DNA of 64,000 nt. Origin: Acidobacteriota bacterium. Lineage in GTDB: Bacteria; Acidobacteriota; UBA6911; RPQK01; JAJDTT01. The stretch is from NCBI GenBank assembly GCA_965217775.1, contig CBDCJH010000002.1:736001-800000 (forward strand). The letters run 5' to 3'. Both the position numbers and the translations under genes were made by a program. This document shows, piece after piece, positions 1-10,150 of the stretch; position 1 is the stretch's first letter, and each line of letters starts with the position of its first letter. The notes beneath the pieces were generated by a model that worked only from the letters and a program-made list of their open reading frames with translations, was not told the origin of the DNA and did no database searches.

Positions 1-1103
1 TGCATCGCGAACTCGTCGGCGCCCGTATTGCGGCCGACCTGAATCGACTCTCTTCTGATTCTCTCCTTGGGGATGAGATGGTCGAGAACCCCGTTCAGAA
101 TTCCCTCGGCGGGTTCGTCCTCACAAAGCAGATTCAAAGCGTCGCGGGACCGGCCATAGAGCGCATTCCGGATGATGTCCCGGTGGGCCGGGTACAGCGT
201 CACCTGCCCGTCGTCGCCGCGCTCGAGGAAGATCCGTCCATTGCCCGGCACCGAATCGAGCACTACCGGACTGTGGGAAGTGACGATGACCTGCAGATCG
301 TTGCGGAGAGCAAGCTGTTGCAATTGGAGCATGAGAAGCTGTTGCACCCACGGGTGCAGGCCGGCTTCGACTTCGTCGATCAGGACGAGGGCGTCCCTCA
401 GTTGCGCGATTTCCAGGGACAACCGTAGGATGGCGCGTTCTCCCGCCGCCATGTGCAGTTCGGAATAGGAGGCTCCCGTCTCCTGCTCCGCGAACAGCAG
501 ACTCTTTTTCCCGCTGGACAGATGGACGACATCGGAGTAGCTGAACGGCAGCATCTGCTGTGCGAAGTTGATCTGGGAGGCCGTCAGCGATGTCTCCTCG
601 GGTGCATCCTTCAGATGAGACATCCGAAGCACCCGGCGCACCTCCGACGGATTGCTGAGGTTGGTCAGGGTGCGCAGGTAAACGGGGCGTTCGGGTTGCA
701 CAGCGCCCTTGCGGCCGAAGAAGCTTCGATTCCAGCCCTTGACCCGCCGCCAGCGCATGGAACGTCGGCCGTTTGGTGTCGAGTACTCGAACTCGATGGT
801 GACCGGTTGTCGTTCGTCCTCGCGGTCACCGTGCCGGGGACGGTAGTCGGGGAAGAGAGTGGAGGGTACGAAATCCTTCACGCCGGCCCCTGGGACCTTG
901 TAGGCGCTGGCGGTGGCAAAAAGCACGGTGGACTTGCCGCTGGCGTTGCCGCCGGCAATGACGCTTACCGGGTAGTCGAAAGGCACCGTGAGATTCCGGA
1001 TGTCCCGGATTCCGGCAAGGCGAACCTCTTCGAGAAAATGCGGCATGCTCCGCTTTTTCGCTTGAAGTCGCGGCCACAGTTCTTTGAGCCTCCGGGCGGT
1101 CAC
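1..1103 (-). CDS. ABC/AAA-family ATPase (OLD/AAA_21-like) with probable C-terminal TOPRIM-like region; 3' end runs off the window
   Basis: Hand translation (absent from the ORF track because there is no stop in the window): GTG at 1103 overlapping the upstream stop, or ATG at 1046, MPHFLEEVRLAGIRDIRNL...; Walker A GGNASGKST, signature-like HMAAGE, Walker B VLIDEVE, H-loop VTSHSP, then LLCEDE. Confidence 0.85.
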   Translation of the reverse strand, partial: MTARRLKELWPRLQAKKRSMPHFLEEVRLAGIRDIRNLTVPFDYPVSVIAGGNASGKSTVLFATASAYKVPGAGVKDFVPSTLFPDYRPRHGDREDERQPVTIEFEYSTPNGRRSMRWRRVKGWNRSFFGRKGAVQPERPVYLRTLTNLSNPSEVRRVLRMSHLKDAPEETSLTASQINFAQQMLPFSYSDVVHLSSGKKSLLFAEQETGASYSELHMAAGERAILRLSLEIAQLRDALVLIDEVEAGLHPWVQQLLMLQLQQLALRNDLQVIVTSHSPVVLDSVPGNGRIFLERGDDGQVTLYPAHRDIIRNALYGRSRDALNLLCEDEPAEGILNGVLDHLIPKERIRRESIQVGRNTGADEFAM

Positions 1104-4100
1104 GAGGGGTTGTCCTTTCTTCGCGGTTGACGGAAACCCTCCATTGCCTCCGCTGGCGGGGGGAATAGGGGCTTCTGACTGGGTGTTGCTTCACCGTAGT
1201 CGGAACGCCGCTCCGCCACAAGCGGGAGGGAGTCTTCGGACGTGCCATCGCCGGAGGCAGAAACCAAGCGTCCGTATTCACGGGCGCCAAGCAGGTTTCG
1301 GGCGTGCAAGTGGCATTCACGCCAGGACTCGTCGGCGCTTTGAACCAGTTGCCAGTCGAAGCACCGCGGCCCGAGACGGCTTGCGACGGGCTTCGGAGTC
1401 AGTCCAAACAGATTGGGCGAAGCACACGGATGCACCCAGGGATTTAGCTGCACGACAAGTCGTGCCATGTACTTCCTGGCCCGTTCAACCTTGGGTAATG
1501 CTATCTCCGATAGCATACTCCAGACTAAGTGCGCGGCACCGCCGCGCTGTCGGATCTGCCAATCGAAGACAAAGGAATTGAGGTATGCCAGAACGCCAGG
1601 ATCAATGATCTCCGAATCCTTTTCAGAGCAAAACACGGGGGCGGAATGGCCGCACGGAAAAGGAGGAAGCAGTGCGCCAATGAAGGACCTGACATCGGTA
1701 TCACGCGAAATATCTCGAAACCCTACTTTCATGGCGGAAACGTGGCGCTTGTGGTCTCGAGCGTCGTTCATTGGCATTAGATATTGTGGATCCCATACAA
1801 GATTCAGCGGATCAACGTAGTTCCATTTTGCCCTGAGACCGGTCCCGCTCAACCATCCTCTCGCGCTCGGCATGAACGGCTGGATCATGATCCCTTGGTA
1901 CAGTGGTAGTGCGATATCCTCGATGCGGTCCTCCCAGATCCACGCATTTCCTCCGCGTGAGAGGATCACTCCCGCTCGAATCTTTGCCCGCGAAATTGGC
2001 AGTCGATCATAGGGCGGTCGAGCGCAGCGCAGGTACCAGTCGGTGCGGGCGACATCTCCGGGGTTCAGCAGGTGACCGTGGACGAATTGCGTCTCGGCTT
2101 CCCGGCGTTCGGGGCCTGCGGTCGTATCGAACAGCCAATCTTCAAGCTCGATCTCCGCCGGCTCGGGCCGGGACGGATCGACGCCGAGTTCTGCCCAGAG
2201 TTCCTCGATGGGCCGCCAGTCGCCCGGCAGCCACCAGTTGTACTCGTCGGGGCGATAGCCTTTTGCCTCCCACCGCGGGCGGGGCGGGAAGAGGCGGGAG
2301 TCGTTCGTCATGTCGAACTCTCTCGCATAACGGATCCCCCACCCATCCGGCCCGTCATCGCCCAGGAGTACGGAATTGGCGTAGATCTTCTCCAGAATCT
2401 CCAGATCGCGCTTCGACTGGATTTCAAGAATGGCCCGGCTCCGGGGACTAAACCGTTCGACCTGCGCCCGGGTATAAGACGTAGCCAGTCCCTCGGCGCG
2501 CTCCCAGTCGTCCAGATTTCGCCGCATGAACGTCGTGCGGATGGCTTCCGTGGCGCCGCCCTTCTCCACGATGACCGGGTTGAACTTGTAGCTCCTGTGA
2601 ATCGCGAAGACCTTGTTGCGGTTCTCGATACCGAACAGCCATGCCCAACGGCAGCGCTCGAGAAACAGCCGTCTCAACGCGCCCGTCCCGTTGTCGGAGT
2701 ACAGCCCGGAGGGAATGATGAATCCAAACCGGCCGCCGCCTCTCAGCAGCGCGTGTGCGGCTTCCAGAAAGAGCTTGTACAGGTTCAGATCCGCCGAGCC
2801 CTGATGGCGGAATGGATGGGACGGATCGACGAAACCCGTGGCGCGGTCGCGGGCTCTCCTCCATCGTGAGTGAAGCTGTTGGTTCTTGTTTCCCCGAACC
2901 ACCAGGAAGCGACGCTGGCTCTTGGCGTTCTCTTCGGGGTCTCCGAACGGGCTTGCGGCATGGCTCGCGTAGTTGGACTGGGCGCGAAAACGAGCGTTGT
3001 AGTCCAACCAGTCACGCTCCACAGAGGCGTCTTCGAAGTAACTCGACTGCCTCCGCAACGCTTGCTGCTTGCCGTAGGATCGATAAAGAGGATCAATGTT
3101 GGAAAAGAACTCCTTGGAGATGGGTTTGGCGATGTCTCAGGGCGGATTCCCGAGGATTGCATCGAAACCCGAACCCGGTTCTCGATATACGTCCGGGAAC
3201 TCCAATTCCCAATGAAAGAATCGCATCTCGGACTCGATCTGACGGGCCACGTCCCGCGTCTCCTCCGACGGCTCGGCGAAGGTGCTCGGCAACAGAGCGA
3301 CTTCGATCACCGGATAGTGCCGGAACTGGTCGAACCACGCTCCGATCAGAGAGTTTCCACACTTGATCTTGTGGTCGAGGAACCCGAACGGCAGGGTGCG
3401 GTCCATGGTCTCGATCCAGAGGGAGAGACGGCAGAGCTCCACCGCCAGGGGGTCCAGGTCCACGGCGTAGATGCACCGTTCCACCACGTGTCGGCGCAAC
3501 ATCGCCTTGAGGCGCGACTCGAAGCGGTCGTCGTCCGGAGGGCAGGGGATCAGCTCGTCGGCGAGGCGCGGCTCTTGTGTGGTGTCCGGGTGCTTCTCAC
3601 CATCGATGCCCAGCAGCCGGACCAGGGAACGCGCCCCTTCCGGTTCGATGCGGCCGTGATGCTGGAGCGAGGCGTACAGCGCCTCCGTGAGGAAGCGCAA
3701 AGCGGCCAGCGGAAAGGTCCCGGACCCGCAAGCCGGGTCGCAGACCTTGAGCTCCAGGATTCGTTCGGGGAGCTTCGGTGTCCAGTTTGCCGGCGCCGCA
3801 TCCCGATGTACTCGGAGGAGAGATCGGAGAAGTCCACAGGGACCACGGCTCGAGTGCCGCCGCGGCCCTGACGGATCCGGATCGTCGTCCGGGTCAGAAG
3901 CTTCAGCATCTCGTAGACGTCGTGATCCGGCAGGACTTCGCTCTCGAAACAGGCGCTCTCGAACACGGAGAGTGCATGGGAGAGACCCTCCGCCGCATCG
4001 GGCTGTCCCGGTGAGAACAGGTCCCCGCCATACGCCGTCACCGGCAGGTCGGGGTGGTGCGACCCGTCCCGCACCAGCGCGAAGAGGGCCAGCACGCGAG

Positions 4101-5123
4101 GCCACCCACCGAAGCTGTGCGCGAGAGCGCCGGGGCGGGTCGCCGCCCGTTCAAGTTGGTCGAGGAGGCCGTTCAGTCCGTAGCTCTCGTGGTAGAGGGA
4201 GTTGTCGCGGGGCAGCAGTTCCCGGGACTCGGCGAACAGGATCACCACGAGCCGCATCGCAACCCGGCAGGCGGCGCGGTAGATGTCGGCGGGATCGACG
4301 GTGCCGCATCGCTCCTTGAGCGCCTCGCCGTGGCCCTGGATCAGGAGTTCCACAGCCTCGCGGACCCGCTCGCCCAGGACTTCCGAGAGTTCCGCCTGTC
4401 CCTTGCGGGTGTCCCGAATCGCTTGCAGCAGCGGAGCTTCGGCACCCTCGCTCTCAGGCGTCCAGAGTTCCGGCCTCAACAGCGTGCGGAGCGCCGTCAC
4501 CTGCGGGGAGAGTTCGCCATGCTCGAACCACAGTTCCAGGTCCCATTCGCACCAGGCATCGAAGTCGAGCCCGGCGAACAACAGTCTCCACTGTCGGCCG
4601 TTCGTCACTACCGCCAGGTGATCGTTGCCGACGCGCAACCAGCCCAGTACTTGGCTCACGGTGCGGCGGCTCCTGCCGATGCCGAGGCGCTTGCCGCTCC
4701 GGTCCAGGAAGACGGGCAACCTTCCACCGTTGGGACCCGTCCAGAGCTGGCGGGGTTTGACGGTCTCGCCGGTGACGGCGCGGTGTCCCCAGGACGGGGC
4801 GACGTGGCTGCCGCGCGTCCAGTCGCCCGCCGATGGGTCCAGACCACAGACCCGTTCCAGAACGAAGGTTGCGAACGAACGAAGGTTGCGAAGGATGAGG
4901 TGTCGCCGTCCCCGTCCAGCATGGAACTCGCATGCTGGCGGAGCTGGCGCTCGGTGTGTTCGTCGAGAGGACCGGGCGCACTTCGGGCAATTGCGCCCAA
5001 CCGCTTGGGATCCAGGAGCCGTCCGCCGTGGCTGAGGCGCCCCCATCCCGGCAGACCGGGAGTGTGGACTTGGCGCCTTGTTCTCACGATTGGCGCTCCA
5101 ATGGAGCCGCGTGTTGATGTCAA
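1100..5123 (-). pseudogene. Large N6-adenine DNA methyltransferase (type IIG/Eco57I-like, DISARM DrmMI-like), fragmented
   Basis: Consecutive fragments 4656-5123, 3550-~4880, 3137-~3803 and 1100-3058. SAM motif CDPACGSG, YAVDLDPLAVEL..LSLW, IKCGNSL, FHWELEFPDV, GFDAILGNPP followed by in-frame TGA at 3137-3139; frameshifts near 4870 and 3803. Confidence 0.85.
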
Positions 5124-5128
5124 GGTCG

Positions 5129-5519
5129 CTACGCACCGTCGAGTCGAGACATGGCTCTATCGAAAGTGCCGACTGGAGTGTGGCCCGCCTTGCGGGCCGC
5201 CGCCCGCCTTGCGGGCCGCCTCGACAATGAGGCAATCGGAGAATCGGACCGATGGATGGCGCTCAAAGGCCGCGTGCGCCCTCCGGACCGCATCCTCATG
5301 TTGCAAGGCCATCTGGTCGTGTTCCACAAGCATGCCGACGGTGATTCCGATCTGGCGGCGGCTCAGTCCGTAGACGGACTTCAGCACCCAGACGGTCTCC
5401 ATGAGCACCAGAAGCGAAATCCATGCTCCCGGCCCCACGAACGTTTCGGCGTCATGGACCTGTTCCGGGTCGTCCCGGACAATCAACCGGATGAGAACAC
5501 TGGTGTCAACGGCTCGCAT
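5129..5519 (-). pseudogene. vapC: PIN-domain (VapC-like) toxin, frameshifted near the C-terminus
   Basis: MRAVDTSVLIR...ETVWVL...FSDCLI; a 19-bp tandem duplication at 5183-5220 puts the tail GHTPVGTFDRAMSRLDGA* out of frame. Confidence 0.8.
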
Positions 5520-5769
5520 GTTTGCGTCTCATTCGAGATCCGATGCCGTCATCCATGTCCTTAAGGCTCCTGCGGGCCGGAACCGCGGCGAACACGGCTT
5601 CGTGAATGTCCAGCGACGAGTATTTGGTGGCCCGCCGAACGATCACACGTCGTCCCCCTGCTCGCGCCACTCGATTCTTGAACCCGGCGCCAAGCTCAAC
5701 TTACGGCGGATCGCAGCCGGCACCGAAACCTGCCCCTGTGACGTTATCTTGGATTCGATAGGTCTCATA
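5506..5769 (-). pseudogene. AbrB/MazE-family antitoxin, frameshifted
   Basis: MRPIESKITSQGQVSVPAAIRRKLSLAPGSRIEW; a 2-bp GT duplication near 5645 gives TGA, and the continuation VIVRRATKYSSLDIHEAVF...RRKHASR* overlaps the PIN start. Confidence 0.75.
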
Positions 5770-7708
5770 TCCGTGTTTCCTCGATGGCGTTCCTGAAGAC
5801 TGTCTCTCCCATTACCATGGTAAATGAAGCTGGCGCCGACCATCGACTCCCTCGGATTGACCGCTTGGGCAGGCGAATCTCCACTGCCACGGGAAACACC
5901 TGGACACCACCCGCCAGGGTGAATCGGGCCGGCAGGAGGTGATTCAGGATGCGGGAGCGTTCCCGCCCCAGTTGTTCGCGGATTTCTTCGTAGTGGATCC
6001 GTCGGCGCTGGAGTTCCTTTTCTCTTTCCTCGATGGACTGTTCGATCTCTGAGAGGCGTTCAGTGCCATCGAAGAGTCGGCCCTGGCGTTTCCGGGTCTT
6101 GAGGCGCTCGATATCTCGTCTGAGTCGGGCCATGGTCGATTGCTGGATCAGTGCCGACACCTCCCCCTGGCGTTGCCGGTAGCGGTCATCCTCACGTTAG
6201 CGGGCCGCCTCTCCATCGGCTCGAAGCCGGCGGCGAAAGCATTCGGTCAGCTCGTTCGTGTAGTTGCGCAACCATCGGCGCAGTTCTGCGCGCATCTCTT
6301 CCAGGACGTCGTCGGCAAGAATCCGGTCGATCGCATCCTCGGACCCGCACGCCCCGCGAAGCGTCCGGGCGGAAGCATGAGGCAGCGGTTCGTCGAACTC
6401 TCCGTCTCGAACGGGCAGCGCCACCGTTCGCACCCAGCGGTGAAAGGTCTCGCGCAGTTGGTTCACTCCCAGTTCTTCGACGCTGAGCAGGGCCACGGCT
6501 TCGGCGCCGTCGGGAACGCTCCCCAGACGCACCGTCCAGCGGGAGACCTCGCTGCCGCTGCCGGGATAACGGCGCCGGGTGAGGACGCTCAACGCCCGCT
6601 GCATCATGGGGTGGACCAGGTGCATGAGCAGTGCGTCGGGGCGGGGAAGGAAGACGCTCAAGCTCCCAAAAGGTGATCGATGAACGGCTCGGTGCTGAAA
6701 GCGAGGCGCGGCATCGCCCCGTAACCGCCCCCGGGAGCAGGACGCCGCACCGATTCATCGATGACGTTGCGCCAACCTGCGAGACCGGGGTTGCGGACTC
6801 TGTAGAAACCGGGCTCCTCGGCGACCTGGAGTTGCGGCCGGCCGGCGGGAATGGCCATGGCGGTCTCCAAGGTGTCGTAGAGGGCGAGGTCGTCGCCCGC
6901 TGTCTTCGCCGAAGGGGGACGGCATCAGGTTATGGCACTCGTCGACGATCAGCAGGTCCCAGGGCAGATGCGGCGAGCCCGGCGGCGTGCGGCAGGCCGA
7001 CAGGAACTGCTCCTGCACGTCGGGTTGGCGCAGGTAGTGATAGGAGGCGACGATACGGCTGAACGAACGCCACGGGTTGGCGTCCATGCCCAGCCGGCGA
7101 CGCAGGCGCTCGGTCTCCGGACGGTCCACGACCTCGAACCGGAGCGAGAACTTTTCCCAGAGTTCTTCCTGCCATTGCCGGCGCAGCGAGGCCGGCGTCA
7201 GGATCAGGACCCGCTGAATACGGCGGCGAAGCAGCAGCTCGGTGAGGATCAATCCGGCCTCGACGGTTTTGCCGAGACCGACGTCGTCGGCCAGCAACAG
7301 GCTGACGCGGGGCATGCGGAGGGCCTTCAAGAGGGGGACAAGCTGATAGTCCTCGACGCGCACGCTGCCGTGGAACGGACTCGCGACCGGCTGGCGGCTG
7401 GAAATGCCTTCACCTCTCGGGTCTACGTAGGGAGAGAGCGCCGTCCAGCGCGCCGCGCGAAGGAGCGCGTCGAAGTCTTCGGGGCTCATGGGGTCCGCCC
7501 AAGCCGGGTCCGGCAAGTCGGTCGGTTCCAGAAGGTTTCGTTTGGGTTCCAGTTCCCACAGCAGGCGCTCCTCGCCTGGCGCGTGGTCGTCCTGGTATTC
7601 CAAGTGAACGAGGTGGATGCGCCCCTTGTCGCCGTCGAAGGGTTCGACGGACGCGATCACGCCGACCCGATTACGGACGGTGGCGAGCGCCGGTGCGCGG
7701 GATGTCAC
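5765..7708 (-). pseudogene. drmD: SNF2-like helicase DrmD (DISARM class I-like) with large internal deletion, frameshift and nonsense codon
   Basis: EDYQLVPLLKALRMPRVSLLLADDVGLGKTVEAG, TPASLRRQW, IVDECH. The sequence jumps out of frame near 6900 directly into the C-terminal region (helicase C-lobe absent); frameshift near 6665; in-frame TAA at 6197-6199. Confidence 0.8.
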
Positions 7709-8039
7709 CAGTTGCGGTCGGGGTGGTCACGGTTCACTCCGCAAGCGCCGCCTTCGAGCCATGAGGGAAATCCTGGAATGTCTCGTTGAGCGGGGGTCTC
7801 TCTCCCTGCGAATATGATACGAGTCGGATCCAAGATTGGCGAGTGATGGGCGCTGGGATGACGAGGTTGGTGCGGGAAGTTCCGTTCCCTGCGAGGGCTT
7901 GTCGTGTCCAGTCGTAGCTACCTAAGGGTAGCCTGTGCCCGTTCTCGAAGCCTGAGGTTGTCGACTTTTCTGCGTCACACGAATCTTCGTCGACGATCAC
8001 GATGTCTGAGCAAATTCTGAACACCAGAACGAGCGTCCG

Positions 8040-8054
8040 TGTACAATATGTACA
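8040..8054. promoter_or_regulatory. Probable TA autoregulatory operator (TGTACA-ata-TGTACA)
   Basis: Two palindromic TGTACA hexamers about 25 bp upstream of a Phd/YefM antitoxin start; TGTACA is the core of the E. coli yefM-yoeB operator. Confidence 0.5.
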
Positions 8055-8078
8055 GTTCGAGTCATTGAGAAAAAGAGT

Positions 8079-8324
8079 ATGCAGGACAAGACACAGACCG
8101 CGGGCGTCAAAGAAGTCAGAATCAATCTGGCTGCGATTCTTCGGGCGGCCAATAGGGACGGTACGGTGACCGTGGTCACCAGGCGTGGCGTTCCGTACGC
8201 GGCTGTCGTGCCGGTGTCGAAAGCGGTCCCCCAAGGTCCGAAGTTCGGGGCTCTGCGGGGTTCCGCACGGGGTTGCTTCGGCGATGCTGCGAAGTTCGTC
8301 GAGAGGCTGCGCAACGAATGGTGA
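8079..8324 (+). CDS. Phd/YefM-family antitoxin
   Basis: 81 aa, GVKEVRINLAAILRAA...VTRRGVPYAAVVP; stop overlaps the PIN gene start. Confidence 0.8.
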   Translation: MQDKTQTAGVKEVRINLAAILRAANRDGTVTVVTRRGVPYAAVVPVSKAVPQGPKFGALRGSARGCFGDAAKFVERLRNEW

Positions 8325-8767
8325 TGGACGTCGGCGACCTGCCACCGCGCGGGCGAATCGTCGTGGATAGCGCGCCCATTATCTATCTGCTTGAAGATCA
8401 CGCCGTTTTCGCATCTCGCTATGCGCCCCTCTTCGAGCGGGCTGAAGCTCAGCACTACGAGTTGGTGATCTCCACAGTTACACTTCTCGAGGTGCTGACC
8501 GGACCGCTACGCGCCGGCGATTCGGCGTTGGCGGAGAAGTACCGGACCGCCTTGACGTCGCCGCCGACTTGGCGGGTTGTGGATTTGAACGCCTCGATTG
8601 CCCATCGGGCGGCGCAGATCAGAGCGCGTTCACGCCTGCGCCTGCCTGACGCGGTTCAGATGGCAACGGCTCTGGAGACCTCCAGCATCGCGCTGGTGAC
8701 TCATGATCGCGACTTTTCGTCTTCCGCTCTTGATGCGCATTCTGCTGGCGTGACCGTATATTGCTGA
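8324..8767 (+). CDS. vapC: PIN-domain (VapC) toxin
   Basis: IVVDSAPIIY...TLLEVL...LRLPDAVQMATA...LVTHDRDF; start at ATG 8318 or 8324. Confidence 0.85.
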   Translation: MDVGDLPPRGRIVVDSAPIIYLLEDHAVFASRYAPLFERAEAQHYELVISTVTLLEVLTGPLRAGDSALAEKYRTALTSPPTWRVVDLNASIAHRAAQIRARSRLRLPDAVQMATALETSSIALVTHDRDFSSSALDAHSAGVTVYC

Positions 8768-8917
8768 CGCCTGTTGCGGGCTGACTCGGGACAGCGTTCC
8801 AGCGATGCGGTTGCCCTCGAATCCAGAACGACGCGTGCTGAAAAGCTGTACCGGCCGATGCGTTGAGTTCCGTCTCGGCCGGTGTCTCGCTGTGCCGTCG
8901 CGTCGTCGTGGAACCGA

Positions 8918-9535
8918 CTAGGCGAACTCGTCAGGGTTCGTGACTTTAAAGACTAGTGAGGCCGCGACGCCGCCGGCGACAGGTCCCAGAAGGTAGATCC
9001 AGATGTTCCCCAATGAGCCGGAGACGATGTTGTGGCCCAGCGCCACCGCCGGGTTGAAGGCCCCTCCCGAGATGGGACCCACTGAAACGGCGCCGACGAA
9101 GATGGTGAATCCGATGGCCAGTCCGTAGAAGGAGTTGTTCGGGTGGTCCTTGGAGGTGGCGACGTTCAGGACCACCGAGGCCAGGGCGAAGGTCAGGAGG
9201 AACTCGGCCAGGAGCGCATTCGTGGCGCTGACGCCATCACCGGGGGCCACCGTGGTCGCTTGGCCGCTCAGGAAGGTGGCTGTGCAGGCTCCTGCCAGGG
9301 CTCCCAGGATCTGACTCACGATGTAGATTCCCGTGGTAGTTCCGTCCAGAGCGCCTCGGACCAGGCAGGCGATGGAAACGGCCGGGTTGTAGTGGGCCCC
9401 CGAAACGTGGCCTCCCATGTAGACCATGATCATCAGCGTGCCGCCGATGGCCAACGGCGCCAGATCTCCGGATGCCAAGCCGATGACCAGCACCAGGAAG
9501 AATGCCCCTATGAACTCGGTCACGTAGCTATTCAT
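8918..9535 (-). CDS. Aquaporin / MIP-family channel
   Basis: Two NPA boxes (SGAHYNPAVS, GGAFNPAVA) and six hydrophobic segments. Confidence 0.93.
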   Translation of the reverse strand: MNSYVTEFIGAFFLVLVIGLASGDLAPLAIGGTLMIMVYMGGHVSGAHYNPAVSIACLVRGALDGTTTGIYIVSQILGALAGACTATFLSGQATTVAPGDGVSATNALLAEFLLTFALASVVLNVATSKDHPNNSFYGLAIGFTIFVGAVSVGPISGGAFNPAVALGHNIVSGSLGNIWIYLLGPVAGGVAASLVFKVTNPDEFA

Positions 9536-9626
9536 ACCTCTCTACCCCCTCGGTTCTGATTCGAAAAGCGGAAAAATCGGGGCAAATGGTAGCATCCGCA
9601 CGCGGCGGGTTTCCAGCCGGCGGACA

Positions 9627-9649
9627 GGAGCGGCGATTTCCAATCGCCG
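9627..9649 (+). repeat. GGAG-type REP-like palindrome
   Basis: ggagcggcgatttccaatcgccg; related copies near 11062, 11111 (reverse), 26188, 28757, 28845, 28873 and 62847. Confidence 0.6.
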
Positions 9650-9751
9650 AACTCCCAGAGGAACAATGGGGCGAGCGTGTGTAGGTGAATGGAAGAGTGG
9701 GCGACAGGAATGTAGCGCGGCCGGTCGCCCCTTCTATGTGCCTTCGAGATC

Positions 9752-10150
9752 CTAAGATTCGGCGGTGGGTGAGCCTCCGCCCGTCCGTGCCCGACCGCTC
9801 CGGTTGCAGTAGGGGCAGCGAAACTCCACCGTGTCGTCGGTGAATTCGGTGCAGACGATGTAGGAATCATCCACCGGACAGCGGGGCGTGTCCCCTTGAC
9901 GGTACCGTTCCAGGCAGTAGGAGAGCTGAATCGAGGTCCAGGCTTCCCGGTCCCGGTCCTGTTCCCAAATGAATCCGGCGCGGCAGTCGGGGCAATCCAC
10001 ATGGAGCCGGTAGGGAGAATCTCCTGAGGGGTATCGCGATTGGAACCCAAGGTCCTCTCCACAGTCGGGGCAGAGCGGCTCGTCTTCGGACGCCGAGCCG
10101 AAGTACTCCAGGATGATCTCCTCCCGTTCCTTGTCGGTGTAGGCGCTCAT
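9752..10150 (-). CDS. Hypothetical double zinc-ribbon protein
   Basis: CPDC...CPDC...CPVD...CPYC motifs; ATGA overlap with the nfo stop. Confidence 0.7.
   Translation of the reverse strand: MSAYTDKEREEIILEYFGSASEDEPLCPDCGEDLGFQSRYPSGDSPYRLHVDCPDCRAGFIWEQDRDREAWTSIQLSYCLERYRQGDTPRCPVDDSYIVCTEFTDDTVEFRCPYCNRSGRARTGGGSPTAES

Noticed and set aside
3137-3139. TGA recoding (Trp or Sec) in the methyltransferase
   Set aside because: TGA terminates many intact genes here and the same gene has other lesions; simple nonsense mutation is more likely.
7734-8345. 203-aa minus-strand ORF
   Set aside because: Overlaps the Phd antitoxin on the opposite strand and has no recognisable motif.
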